A DNA stretch of 64,000 nt from Anthoceros angustus (Eukaryota; Plantae; Anthocerotophyta), in the NCBI GenBank assembly GCA_010909165.1, contig MU008161.1, positions 248,001 through 312,000 on the forward strand. The letters are read 5' to 3'. Shown here one piece after another: positions 36,201 to 49,100 of this stretch. The notes beneath the pieces were generated by a model. That model was not told the DNA's origin. It was given only the letters and a program-made list of their open reading frames with translations, and ran no database searches. Each line of letters starts with the position of its first letter. Within the stretch, counting starts at the first letter, position 1. The translations under genes were made by a program, and so were the position numbers.

Positions 36201-38164
36201 CTAACATTGTTCCTCAATGCTTCAAATTAGTGCTCAAAAGCTGCAGGACAATAGGCTAAAACTCCCATGGCCCAGTCATAGTTTGCCTAATACATGTCTC
36301 AACATGAAGTTGGATGGCTTCTGTCTATTCCAAAAGGGATATATGAGTGGATTGCATATGTACCGGACCGCAAAATGGACTTTGTTTTTCATGGGTATGT
36401 ATGAGGGACTCTCATGGTAGATGTGAAACTTTGAGAGCGGAAGCTCGTTGAATTGCAAAACAAGGAATAAAATAATTAATTAAAGTTGAATAAAAAATTA
36501 TCTTAAGTACTTCATGTGAGTAGGTGTGACCATTCACCACTAACCAAGATATTAAATAACTAAATAATAACTGGTAGGTTAATAAGAACCTTTCACATTC
36601 TAACACTCCCACTTAACCTGAGCAGGTAATTATTTATTCACCACTGAGCTCCAAGAAACTTAGGGTAAATAATGATAAATATGGGTAAATACGAGTAAAA
36701 ATACCGTTATGTACCCATGATCATGCGCATGTGGGGGTAATGGGGGTTGTTGGGCCTTAACGCCCATACACCTTCACCCCGTGAAAGCCGTATCCCGCGG
36801 CAGCCTCAAAAACATACCAGCAATGGACCCGAAACACAGGAGAACGCGGCCAAAGCCATCAGCTCGACGCGGGAGAAATCTGACCAGAACAATGGAGGGA
36901 GGACGGGCGCGCACGGCGCGGATGAGTGTGGGAGGTCGCGCCCCAAGGGGGAACCTTGCATAGCGCCAACAAGCGGCAGAGTCTGCCGGAAGTGCACATG
37001 GCGATGGGCGCAGAAGAGACGGACCACCTGCATCTGTGCACGCCCAGCTCCAAGACTCAGATGTACAACCAGAGACGTCCGTTTCATGCCCTCGCCGGAG
37101 CGCACAACTGCTAACAGACTCATTTGCTGATAGGGGCAGCAGAAAACGCGCGGGTGTGCCCTCACCGCTCTAACTTGTGCCATTGTTTCTGTAACATTGT
37201 GCTCTTCCCATGACCCGGTGTAGCTGAATAAGAGGCGCATCCTCAAACGGATACAGGCACAGCAGGCGTCTGGGTAGGAGATATAGCCGCGTAGTTGTAA
37301 TTGCAGACCCTATAACTCTGCTTCACACCCTGTTTTTTGTTTCTCCTTATAAGAAGTGCCTGCAATTAACCATTGCATGTGTATGATCATATAGAGACAC
37401 AAGATGTTCCTCACAAAGTCACAGGCCCTCAAGACCCAACAGCATCAGGCTCCAGACCCGTGCCAACTTTGAGTATGCTGCCCCCCAAGCCAGTTTATCC
37501 TCCTAGGTCACCTCCAGATACATGGCCAATGGAAAAACTCCGTAGAGGTCCGATGCGTGTTGATCCTAACCGTCCTCCAGATGTGAGATATGACCAGAGA
37601 CATTTTGAGGAGGATAGAGAAAAGATCCAAGGGGTGATAAGAAGAAGGATAGCCCGCCTAGAGTAGGACATCCAAGACCTACACTCACTGGATGCACAGT
37701 GGGAAGAATGGATAGTGCCCGAAGCGTCTTCAGAAGGTAAAAATAATCTGCACTAATATTTGTTAGTTGAAAATACTAACCCTCGGATCAATTACTTGTC
37801 GATTCACGATTTAATTTAACTGTATGCTTCATCCATGACCCACTGTCGTGCACAACAATGAAAAACTTTGCACTGACCATGGATGCCTTGAAACATGTAA
37901 ATGTACTCAGGTGGCGAAAACTAGCAAGCTAAGGAGTTAGTGCTAGTAAAACTCAAAGCGAAAAGCTGTGAAATTTTGTCGAGGCCAGTGGCGCCATTTT
38001 CACGGGACGGCCAGAGCGCAGACAAATCGATCCGTGTCGTTGTAGCAAGGGGTCCGTTCCCAAGAGAATGATAGGTCCCGTTTGGCACGTCTCAACCGAT
38101 TCTTATCTCGCCGTCGTGACCGTTTCGGACTCAAAGCGCGCGCGCTCGCAGTTTTACGACTAAC
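36201..38164. repeat. Second copy of a ~1.9-kb tandem duplication (first copy 34322-36205)
   Basis: Junction microhomology CTAAC (34322, 36201, 38160); copies differ by many indels. Confidence 0.9.
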
Positions 38165-41100
38165 TACTATTACCGTCCACCGAACAGGCCCGGCGTGGCC
38201 AAACGTTTAAGGACTCGTTCGCGTCCGTATCCTACCAGTCCGTCCCTCGTTCGTCTAGTCCGTTCTCCTCACCACTCTCACTACGCTCATCATTCTTTTG
38301 GGAAGAGTGGGTGGGTTGCGTGGTCGGACCTCCGTCGCTTCCGCGTGCCTCCGTCCGGGCTCTACACGCCCGAGCTCCAGGCTCACGCGTTGGTCGTCAA
38401 CATCGGCCCCGACTGGAAGAGCAAGGGTCTCTGATCGTTCGCCCCTGCACACACCACCACACGTTAGGGTCCGTCACCAGGACCTTGATCAATCTCTCCG
38501 GGTCGTGCTCGATGACTCAGGACTCACGTTAGCAAAGACGCACAAGGGTCTACAAGGAAACGCGGTATCCACCCCAAGAAAACATGCTTTACTAGAGCAG
38601 CCCTCTTATACTCGCCCAAGGGCGGCGTCTTTATTACACTCTTATTAGTGGTAGCCACTCGGTGCCTAGCTCGCCTACTATTCCCCTATTAGCCTATCTA
38701 CGTGGCGGCTGGAGTGCTCTTGGTTCCACGGCCGCTAGTGGCCCAATCCTAGCTTCGACGCTGGCGCACCCAATCGGATGATCCGCGAGGCGGGACCCCT
38801 TCCCGAGACTCTGTCAGGTTGAGCTACCGACGGCGGTCTGACAACCGTGGTAACCACCACATCCCCCTCTCCATCCTCTCCTGACCTCCAAGTGGGCCCC
38901 TGCTCTGTGGGACCACCAGGCGACTGCTCCGCATGAGCAGGTCGGTGGTGATTCTCCCTCTCCTCCTAAGTCCGGACCTCAGGGTCCAGTCTCGACTCTA
39001 GAGTCCGGACCTCGGGGTCCAGCCTTATTTCCGGAGTCCGGACCTCAGGGTCCGGTCTCGACTCTGGGGTCCGGTCTTATTTCCAAAGTCCGGACCTCAA
39101 GGTCCGGACTCAAGTCCCTTGAACTTCCGGACTCAGGGGCCCTTGAACTTCCGGACTCAGGGGCCCTTGAACTTCTCCACCTAGGGATCCGTCCCCACTC
39201 ATCGGACCCCCCACCTGGCTTGGGTCTTCCCGGACTTCCCCCTCTCTCGCCCCCTCGGGTCCCTCGTCCCTGCCTTCCCTAGAGGGTTGCGGCAGGCTTA
39301 CCTCATGCCTCGTTGTGTCTGCCGCGTCATGCTCCTCCTGAGGCTCCTCTCCGCTGCTGCCCTCGTCCCCGAATAACGCTACTAAGGTCCCGGTGGCTGT
39401 ACTATCCCCGGGACCTTCATCACCTCCCCCTCCCTCTGATCCATCCGGAGGTCCGTCGATTTGACGGGTTTGGCTTGGGACCTCCAAGGCCTTGAGGAGC
39501 TCGGCGTGGTAGTAGGCAAAGTCTGAATCGACTTGTTGAAGTGCCTCCTCCACATGCGCCCGGAGCACCCGGTACTCCCTTCTCCAAAGGTGCTCCGGCA
39601 GTTGGGCGTGCTGGCCGGCTTGCTGGGCCGTCTCTATCGCAAGGCTCGCCAACTGGAGCCGGGCGGAATCTCTTGAGGCCGCCAAAGATGCCTCCGTCAC
39701 TTCCTGCAGCCTCTGCTGCTGCTGCTCCGTGTGCTCCATCTCTCGCCGTTTTTGCAATTCGGCCAACTTACCGGCCATGGCGCAACGTTCTCCTTCCGCC
39801 TTCCGCAGCTGGACCAGCAACTTCTGCTCTGCTTCCAGAGCTCTCGCCCCACCATTCATCCTGGCTTGAAGCTCCGCCATCTCCCTCCCCAGGCGGTTCG
39901 GCAGCTCCGCCTGGCTCCTTGCTTCATCCAAGTCTTTCTCCATCTCGGCGACGTCCTGCTCCTTGTTTCGCCGCCGCACCTCCTCCGCCCTCCAACAAAG
40001 CTGGAGCCACTCTATCTCCCGTTCGTGGTCCTCAATTCTTCCTTGGAGGACCCCGTTCCGCTCCACGGTCACTTGGAGCTGCAGCTCTAAAGTCTCCTTG
40101 CGGTCTTCCATCTCCTGCCGCCGCTCCTCCGTCCTTTGCAGCTGTGCCCGGAGATTCGCCATCTCCCGGTTGCTGGCCTCCCTCTCCTCTGCACGGCTTG
40201 TGCTACTCCAAAATGCAGTTCGGCCTTCAAGTTGGCTGCGGCTGCTCCTGCCGTCTCCCTCCACCGGTTCCGATCCCGCCCGTAGTGGTCCCTGTCTGTT
40301 TTTGCCGCAGCTTCGGCCTCCCGCGCCCCCTTCACCTGAGCCTCCTAGGCTTGGCGTTGCTCCTGCCGAGCCGTCTCAGCCAGGTCCCTAGCCCGTTCTA
40401 CTTGCCTCCGGGCTTCCTCAGCCTCCTCCTAGGCCACTTCCCTCCGTCTGCAAAGGTCCTCTGCCTTTGCTTGGGCCTCCTGCGCTTGCTTCCAGCCGCC
40501 TTGTGAAGGATCTTAGTCCGATCTTGTTGAGCGGACGACCTCCCGCTCACGCCTTCTCCTCCTCGATTCTCGCGAGGGACTCCGCCTTCTTCCTGGCCGC
40601 TTGGGCCACCTCCATCTGACCCTAGAGTAGCAGCATCCGTCTCCTAGTGGCCTCCACTTCCTGGGTCTTCTCTGCCGTTCCACAGAGGCCCCATAGCATA
40701 CCGTCCATGACGGTTGCCAGCACCCGCCGTGTCTCCTCTACGGCCGCCGCTGGGGAGGCACCCAGGAAGTCCGTCGTGGGCGCGGGCATCTCCTGGTCCG
40801 TTAAGGACCGCCATACTGCAATCCGGAGGGAGGCCGGATTGGGCTCTCCGGACCTAATCAGGACCCTCAGGTCTTGAGTGTTCTGGTCCGGACCTTCCAC
40901 CTCGTTGGCCCTCTTGGCCACTAACTCCTTCTCCGCCCGTCTTCTCTTGGGGCTTGGAGGTGGTGAGGAGGTCCTGGAGCTAGCCCTCTTACCTCTCCCG
41001 GTTGGGGACAGGACTGGCTCGGGGTGTGGTTGCTACCAGTGGCAACCTGTTCCTTGGGCAGCATCTCGCTCTGCCCTTCTTACGGCCTCCTCCGCTTCCT

Positions 41101-44100
41101 GCCACTCCGTAGGCAGGGGTAAGGGGACCGGTGTGGTCCTAGGCGCCTCGCTGGTGGGGCCCGTCTTCCGTCTCTTGGCCACCCGCTTCGTCCGGCGGGG
41201 TTCCGCAGCTAGGGCCGCGGTGGGTTGCTGATTGGCTGGCATCGCGACCGCCAGCTCCCTCCCTGTGGGCGCCTCCTCCTACGCAGGGTGCTCCGTTGAA
41301 GGAACTAAAAGGAGGGAGGCGGGAATGTCTTCCCACACTTCCCGGGGTGGCGAGGGGGTCCGTTCCAGACGTATGGAGTCCGGAATCCCCTCCCAGTCAT
41401 CTTCCTCCCGGACCCGCTTGGCCTTGGAAGGACGGGCCTCCGCCTCCGGCGCTCTCCCTTCGCGTTCCGCCTCAGGCAAGGCCGCCAGACCCTTCCAGAG
41501 CGCCCTCTCCTCCTCTCCCTCCTTCAGAAGGTTGAGGTGTCCCCACACATGGATGAGGAACGGCGATAACGCCGATGGGGGCGGATTCTCACTTCGCAGC
41601 TTCCTGGCCTCCTGGTTGATCCGGGCGAAGATAATCCTTCCCCAGTTGGCCCTCTTCCCTCTCTGAAGGGCATGGAGGAACACCAGTAGGTTATCACCAA
41701 GGTGATCCACCTTGGTGAGCATGTTCCAATGGACGATGACCTTCGCCACCGCCCTCACCCGCCTATCCAGCAGGTCCGACATCAACCAACCGTTTGAGGA
41801 CCGCTGCGTCCCCGACCTCTAGGCGCCGCCCTGTACGCTACCTTCCCCTCACCTTGAGGCTCCGGACTCGCCCCAATTTCTTCAAGGCGATTGTAAACCG
41901 CCTCGGGACCTCCACGGTCCACCTCGCAGGGTCCTCCACGAGAATCTTGGAGCGGACCTCCTTGTTGGCCACCGTCAACATTTTCCGAACATATTCTCGG
42001 ACGAGCATTGTTATCAAAGGTCGCAATGACTTGGAAGATATCCCGGGTGATCTTCTCTCCTGCTTCTCCATAAGGTCCAGTCGGGATAGCGTTTGGTGAC
42101 GATGTTTCGTTCCACCAAGCGCCGAGAGCTCCATACACTTGCCCTTCTTGGGTATTCTTTGTGTTCCCTTGTTTGGCTGCTGAGGGTGGAGGCTCCGCAA
42201 CTCTCCGTTCTCCCGTCACTGAGTCGGTCGCTCCAGTCGCAAAGGCAAGCTACTCGCAAGGATGCTCGGGCGCTTGAAGAGACAACGCCAGAGAGCGGGG
42301 TGTCTAAGCGCGAGAGACTGCGAAAACCGTCTCGAGGTTGCCTGAAAGAATGACCTTCGCTCAGGGTGGCGGCGTGAAATGGCAAAGCGCGGATGGGCGT
42401 CACCGCTGCCCGTGGCAGAGCTGCATAGCTTACCTCTAGCCTTACCAGCGTCGCGTACTCTGGCCGACGCCAACTGGCGTACTCTAGCCTTCTGTTGGCA
42501 TACAGCTGGGCGTGAATACACTATCGCCAGCAACCCTACGGTCTGATCATTGCTGCACCACCTCTCGTACCAGTCACGTGGCCCCTCGCCCAAAATATCG
42601 CTCCCAACTCCCAAGTTACTTTCCTTGGCGTGCCCAGCTTACTCGGGGTGTAGTCCAGGACTTACCATGGTGTACTCCAAAGTGCGGGCTGTATCCGCTC
42701 CGGAGTGTCGTCCGTAGCCGCTCCGGAGTGCGGTTCGGAGTCTCTCTACCTACTCGGGGTCACGGTTGAGTTACTCCGACCTTATTTCTCCCTTTCCGCC
42801 TTATTTTCCACTCCACACTTACGAAAAAAACAAAACCTAGCTCATTATCTACCAAAGGAAAGTCCACAGTCCATAGCCACCCAGACGGTCCAAGTAGTAA
42901 GGCTGACTAAATTAGAAATAACACTCCCTAAGACCTAGTGACTCTAGGGGTTCCAGCTAGGGCGGTGGGTTGCTTGGCATCGCGACCGCCCTCCTCCCCC
43001 AGGGCGCCTCCTCCACGCAGGGTGCCTGAAGGAACTAAAAGGAGGGAGGCGGGAATGTCTTCCACACTTCCGGGGTGGCGAGGGGTCCGTTCGACGTATG
43101 GAGTCCGAATCCCTCGGTCATCTTCCTCCCGGACCGCTTGGCCTTGGAAGGGCGGGCCTCCGCCTCGGCCTCTCCCTTCGTTAGCCTCGGGCAAGGGAGA
43201 CCCTTCAGAGCGCCTCTCCTCCTCTCCCTCCTTGAAGGTTGAGGTGTCCCCACACATGGATGAGGAACGCGATAACGCCCGGCGGTGATTCTCACTTGGC
43301 TTCACGGCCTCTGGTTGATCCGTAAGATAATCCTTCCCTTGGCCCTCTTCCCTCTGAGGGGCATGGAGGAACACCGAGGTTATCACCAAGGTGATCCACC
43401 TTGGTGAGCATGTTCCAATGGACGATGACCTTCGCCACCGCCCTCACCCGCCTATCCAGCAGGTCCGACATCAACCAACCGTTTGAGGACCGCTGCGTCC
43501 CCGACCTCTAGAGCGCCGCCCTTGCCGCTACCACCTTCCCCCTCACCTTGAGGGGCTCCGGGACTACGCCCCCAATTTCTTCAACTGGGCGATTGTAAAC
43601 CGCCCTCAGGACCTCCACGGTCCACCTCCTGGGGTCCTCCCTGAGAATCTTGGAGCGGACCTCCTTGTTGGCCACCGTCAACATTTTCCGAACATATTCT
43701 CGGACCAGAGCATTGTTATCAAAGGTCCAGACAGCTTGGAAGATATCCTGGTGCCAGTCTTCTCTCCTCTGCTTCCTCCAGCCAAGGTCCAAAGTCAGGA
43801 TAGCGTTTGGTGACGATGTTTCGTTCCACCAAGCGCCAGGGCTCCCACACTTCTGCCGCCTTCTTGGGCCCCATTGCTGTGTTCCCCTTGTTTGGCCGGG
43901 CGAGGGGTGGAGGCTCGCAACTCCGTTCTCCGTCGGCCTAGGTCAGTCGCTCGCAGGCAAGCTACTAAGGATGCTCGGGCGCTTGAAGAGACAACGCCAG
44001 AGCGGGTGTCTAAGCGCGAGCTCAAAAACCGTCTCGAGGTTGCTGAAAGAATGACCTTCGCTCGTGGTGGCAAGCCGAGGTAATGGGCAGCGGATGGGCG

Positions 44101-44600
44101 CCCCGCTCAGAATCTGCCGAGGCTCTGCATAGCCATTTAGCCTTTATACTGTCTGTTTTACGCCGATACAGCCAACGGCATACTCTAGCCTGTTGCTTTC
44201 GTTGGGCGTGAATACACATCTATAACAGCAACCTCTGGTCTGATCCATTGCATGCTGTCCACCTCTCGATCAGTCACGTGGCCCCTCACCGCCCAAAATA
44301 CGCTCCCAACTCCCAAGTTACTTTCCTTGGCGTACTTATCCCGACTTACTCCGGGGTGTAGTCCGGACTTACCGCGGTGTACTCCAAAGTGCGGGCTGTA
44401 TCCGCTCCGGAGTGTCGTCCGTAGCCGCTCCGGAGTGCGGTTCGGAGTCTCTCTACCTACTCCGGAGTGCAGTTCGGAGTTACTCCGACCTTATTTCTCC
44501 CTTTCCGCCTTATTTTCCACTCCACACTTACGAAAAAAACAAAACCTAGCTCATTATCTACCAAAGGAAAGAGTCCACAGTCCATAGCCACCCAGACGGT
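37989..44600 (-). mobile_element. Gypsy (Athila/Tat-like) 3' portion E1: 3' internal region, large extra ORF and LTR (37989-38638); internal duplication ~41200-42948 / 42949-44658
   Basis: LTR starts TGTAATAAAG and is homologous to 49933-50500, which precedes PBS and gag-pol; CCGGAG-rich repeats at 44340-44490 and 38960-39180. Confidence 0.7.
39110..42400 (-). pseudogene. Extra (non gag-pol) ORF of the gypsy element: ~1000 aa, frameshifted, with a conserved N-terminal domain and a long coiled coil
   Basis: ORF pieces 41279-41785 (VHWNMLTKVDH...ANWGRIIF...SALSPFLIHVW), 40622-40921 and 39110-40264 (E/R/Q coiled coil) lie in order on one strand; homologous pieces on plus at ~46600-49450. Confidence 0.65.
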
Positions 44601-44621
44601 CCAAGTAGTAAGACTGTTAAA

Positions 44622-46150
44622 TTAGAAATAACACTCCCTAAGACCTAGTGACTCTAGGTGCTTAAAGTGCTTAATTTTAGGAAGAGCCTTAGTTAAAATA
44701 TCAACAGTGTTATCTTCTGTGCTGATATACTTAACCTTTACTATTCCTCTCTCGGCAACATCTCGGATGTAATGGTGATAGAGCTCTATATGTTTAGTCC
44801 TAGCAGGACACCTAGGGTTAGCAACTAAAGCTATAGTACCCATATTATCACAAAACAGACTAGTAGGATCAGTTTGTGGTGATTCTGAGAATCAAGAAAT
44901 TGGCGTTCCCACCGCCTCCTTGCGGGCATGCAGCCGAGCTTTGTACTCGGCTTGATGAAGACAAAGCAAGAAGCTTTCTTGCAACTCCAACTAATGCACG
45001 GAGGCTAGAAGGAAACAATAAGCGGAAAGACTCTTTCGCATATCGTGATTGGGCCTTGTCGGTGGCAAAAGAGGTCAGTAAAAGTGACATGCTCCCACTT
45101 GTTGAATATTGTAAACCATAAGAAATAGTGCCCTTGATATAACAATAGATCACCTTGGATGTCGATTATGCGGCGTCGATACGCTTAAGGAACTGCGAAA
45201 CCATACTAACACTATAGCTGATATCAGGTCGAGTCCAGTTGGCCAAGAAAATCAAACAACCGATAGCCTCTGCATAAGGAACAGATGCCATATCTTTAAG
45301 ATGATCGCACTCACGAGCTTGATCTATACTAAGCTTTTCCCACGCTGCGGAGGGTCGTGCAGTCAGCCTCATCCATATGGAGCGTTTAGAATTGCTTTGA
45401 TATACTTGGTTTGATGAAGAATAATGTGACTGCTGACCACAGCAGCGCAAAATCGGATCTTAGGGGCAGGCTGCGAGATCCTTGATCGATCATTTCAAAC
45501 TCAGCACGAAGCATAGTCTTAACTTTCTCTAGTTGTGGAGTACTATTAGTGAGAAGGACGCAATCATCCACGTAAAGTGCTAGAACAATAAAAAGACCAC
45601 CACAGGAAAGGTAAAACATATTATGTCGGTGAGTTATGAAAACCTAGCTTCTTCAAGTACTTCACAATCCGCTTGTACCACGCTCTTGGACTTTGTTTCA
45701 AGCCGTAAATAGTCTTTAGCGACTTGCAAACTTTCCTAGCCCATTTTTGTTGATGAAGCCTTACGTTTGCATGTATAAAACTTCTTCTAACTCCCCATGC
45801 GGGAAAGGCATGCATCGTCCAATTGGACTTCAAGATCATACTCAACGACCATGGCTAGCAACATACAGACGGAAGGTGGCACATGGGTGAGAAGGTATCG
45901 CCATAATCAATACCAGGGTATTTGACTAAACCCCTACAACCAAGCGTGATTTATATCTAACCTTTGTTCCATCCGACTTGAGCTTGGTCTTGAAGACCCA
46001 CTTCTGACTAATAGGTTTTACGCGGTGGAAGATCAACAAGTTCCCAAGTGTTTTTCTTCATAAGAGAGTTGTACTCATCGTCAATCGAAATCCGCCAATG
46101 GTGTCCATCTGGTCCGTGGATTGCTTCCTCATAAGACAGCGGATTTGGCC
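44622..46150 (-). mobile_element. Copia-2 reverse transcriptase and RNase H, decayed
   Basis: PLSYEEA, NTWELVDLP, LKTIYGLKQSPRAWY, ALYVDD, VPYAEAIGCL.FLANWTRPDISY, RTKHIELYHHYIRD, DILTKAL; ends LGLRECYF with AGGGAG-TGTT. Confidence 0.92.
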
Positions 46151-49100
46151 TTTGTGGGCTACGGACTTCCCTTGGGGGTTAAGAAATAAGTAGGGTTTTG
46201 TTTTTTTCGTAGGATCGGAGTATAAATAAGGCGGAAAAGGAGGAATAAGCATGGATAGCACTCCGGACTGGACTCCGGAGTATACTCCGGACTCCGGAGT
46301 GGGCAACGTACCCCGGACCCACTATGGCAGGCACCGGACTACGTCGGGGTAACGGGATAAGTCCGGACCCCACTCCGGGTCAAAACAGGATAAATGCGCG
46401 AAGTAACTTAAGTTGAGTCGTGAGGGCCAGACTAAGCGGCGCCACGTGGGCCACAGTGGAGGTCGGGCATCTGCAGGCCGTAGCCTTGCGAGGCCGTTAT
46501 AGCGGTATTCACGCCCAGTGGCGGCTGGCGGCGTAAGGCAGTCTGTGGCGTAGGCGAGGCGCGGGCGTAAGGTCGATAAGCCATGCGGACCTCTGGCGAT
46601 TCTGAAGAGGCGCCTTCAGCCCGGATTACTCCCAAAGGCGCGGCGAAGGGAAGGTCATTCATTGCGACCTCGAGACAATTCTCGCGATCTTGCGCTCCAT
46701 GACCCGGCTCTCTGGCGCTATCTCTTTGGCCAGCACCTTCAGTGGTTCAGTCGGGGTTGGAGCGTGACAGCGGCGAGGAGGCGCGTGCCGGTGAACTCCG
46801 GTCGGCTCGGCAAGGGAGGCGAAGGCGTGGCAAAAAGCTGCGGAGTTTGGGAGCCATGGAACCTCGTGCGCAACATTGTGACGGCGCTATCCGGACTTTG
46901 GGCCACAGGTGGAGGCGGAGGTGGTGAGAGTGGCACTGGATGTGTTCAGTGTGGGACGTTCAGCGTCACTCTGGTCAGGAGTTCGCCGGAAGATGTTGGC
47001 GGCGGTCAACAAGGAGGTTGGTCCAAGAACCTCCGGGAGGACCAGGCGATGGACCTTGGAGGTCTGAGGCGGCCTGGCCCAAAGGAGGAAGAAGGGTGTG
47101 GTGCGAGCCCTCAAGGCGAAGGGAAGATAGGGCCGGCAGCAGTGGCGATCTTTGAACTGGGCACAGAGGACAACCAGGTGGTTGATATCCGACTGCTTGG
47201 ACGGTCGAGTAAGAGTAGCCGGATCATTGTCCATTGGAACACCTCACCAAGGTGGATCACCTTGGTGATAACTGTTAGTATTCTGCATGCGCTCGGGGAA
47301 GAGGCGGGGGAAGGATTATCTTGCCGGTTTAGTCGAGGCGGCATAGCTCGGGGCGAAGCCCTCGCCATCAGGGGCATCCATGCGATCCATGTATGGGGAC
47401 ATTTGAACTCGAAGGAGGGAGAGCTTGGCGCTCGGGAAGGGCTGGGCCTGGAAGTGGGCGTGCAAGGCGCGGAGGGAGGCCGACCTCGAAGGCCAAGCGG
47501 ACCGGGAGGAGGCGGCGGGAGGGATTCGGACTCCATCGTGCAGAGCGGACCCCTCACCACCCGAAGTATGGGAGAAATCCCTTCCCTCCTCACAGTGCCC
47601 AGCCGGGCGGCCAGCGGCGGCCCAGCTCAATAGCCCGCCACACCCGGCCGCGGAGGAGCCCGGACGGGGAGGCGAAGAGCAGGCAGTCTACCAGCCTTGA
47701 CACCTCGGCGGTGCAGTGCCCCCACCCTTGCGGGTAGAGGCGGTAAGGAGGCGAAGGGCGCCCAGGAGGCGAGAGGTCAGGCGGCACCCGGGCAGTCTGT
47801 CTCCCGGGGAAGGGCAAAAGGCTTGCTCCGGACTCCCTCACCTCCTCAGGCCCAGGAGAAAAAGGCGCGGAGAAGCTCATGACCAAAAGGGCCAAGGAGG
47901 TGAAGCTCGGGAGCTCGGCCTCGGGGACCTAAGGGTCTGATTAGGTCCGGAGAACCGTCCGGACTTACTCGGGGACAGTATGGAGGTCCTGGCGGACCGT
48001 GAATCACCCCTCCCTACGGACTTTGTGGGAGCCTCATGCGGCCGTGGAAGAAACACGGCGTCAGCTCTGCGTCATGGGCCGGTATGCTTTAGTCTGCAGG
48101 ATGGGAGACCCGGAGGTAAAGCCACCGGGGCATGGTACTCCTCCGGGAGGCGGTTGGAGGGCCGGGAGGCAAGGAGAAGCTCTGAGAAGGAAAGCGGGAG
48201 GCGAGGAGGAAGTCTGGTCCATCGCAGGCCGGACTAAATTCCTTTGGAGGAGCGGTGAGGCAGGCTAAGGAGGCCCAAGGTGAGGACCTCTGCGGAGAGT
48301 GGGCGGAGGCGGAAGAGGCCGGAGAGAGGGCTCGGGACTGGAGGCGGCCGTAGACGAGCCAGGAGGCTCGGTGAAGGTGGCCGGGGAGGAAGCCTGGCCC
48401 GATCACTATCGTGATCGCCGGTGGAGGGAGGTGGGGTAGCCGGCCAATCGAAGGCCGGCGGCGAACAAGACGAGAGCGTGCGGCTGAGGCGGCCCGGGAA
48501 ATCGGGGACCTCGAGCCTTGTTGCGGGAGGTAGAAGGCGGCGGAGGCTGGAGGCAGCAAGGACACCTTGGAGTTACAACTCCAGCGTCGGGCAGGGGTTC
48601 TCAGCGAGAGATCCAAGACTTGAGGCGGAGATAGGCGCCTCGGCTGCACGAAGATCGGAGGCGGCGGGCGGGACGGCCGGGCCAGGAAGCTCGCGACAAG
48701 GAGATGGAGGATCTCGGACTCGGCTCGTGAGGTGGAGCGGCGGCGGAGATGGAAGACCGAGGAGACCTTGGGCTGACTCAAACTACCATTGAGAGGAATG
48801 GTGATGCGGGCGTGGTCGCGGATCGAAGAAATGACTCGGCTCATTGGCGACGGAGGCGGCGATGGAGCAGGAGGCGGGGCGTCGCCGAAATGGAGAAGGA
48901 CACAGCCCGGATCAGCGATTGCCCGGCCAAATGGAGAGGAGATGGCGGAGTTAGCCCGAATGGACGGAGGCGCGAGCAGGCGAAGGCTGGTCGATTGAGG
49001 AAAGCGGAAGAGCAGCTGCGTTATGGGTGGCAGGCGAGCGGCGGAGTTGGGCAGCAACAGCGGTTGCGGGAGGTGGCCGGCGGCCCTGCGACCTCGCGTG

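Noticed and set aside
44560-44634. Complete 3' LTR for copia-2
   Set aside because: Only the PPT-TGTT start is visible and no matching 5' LTR was found near 58400-58610
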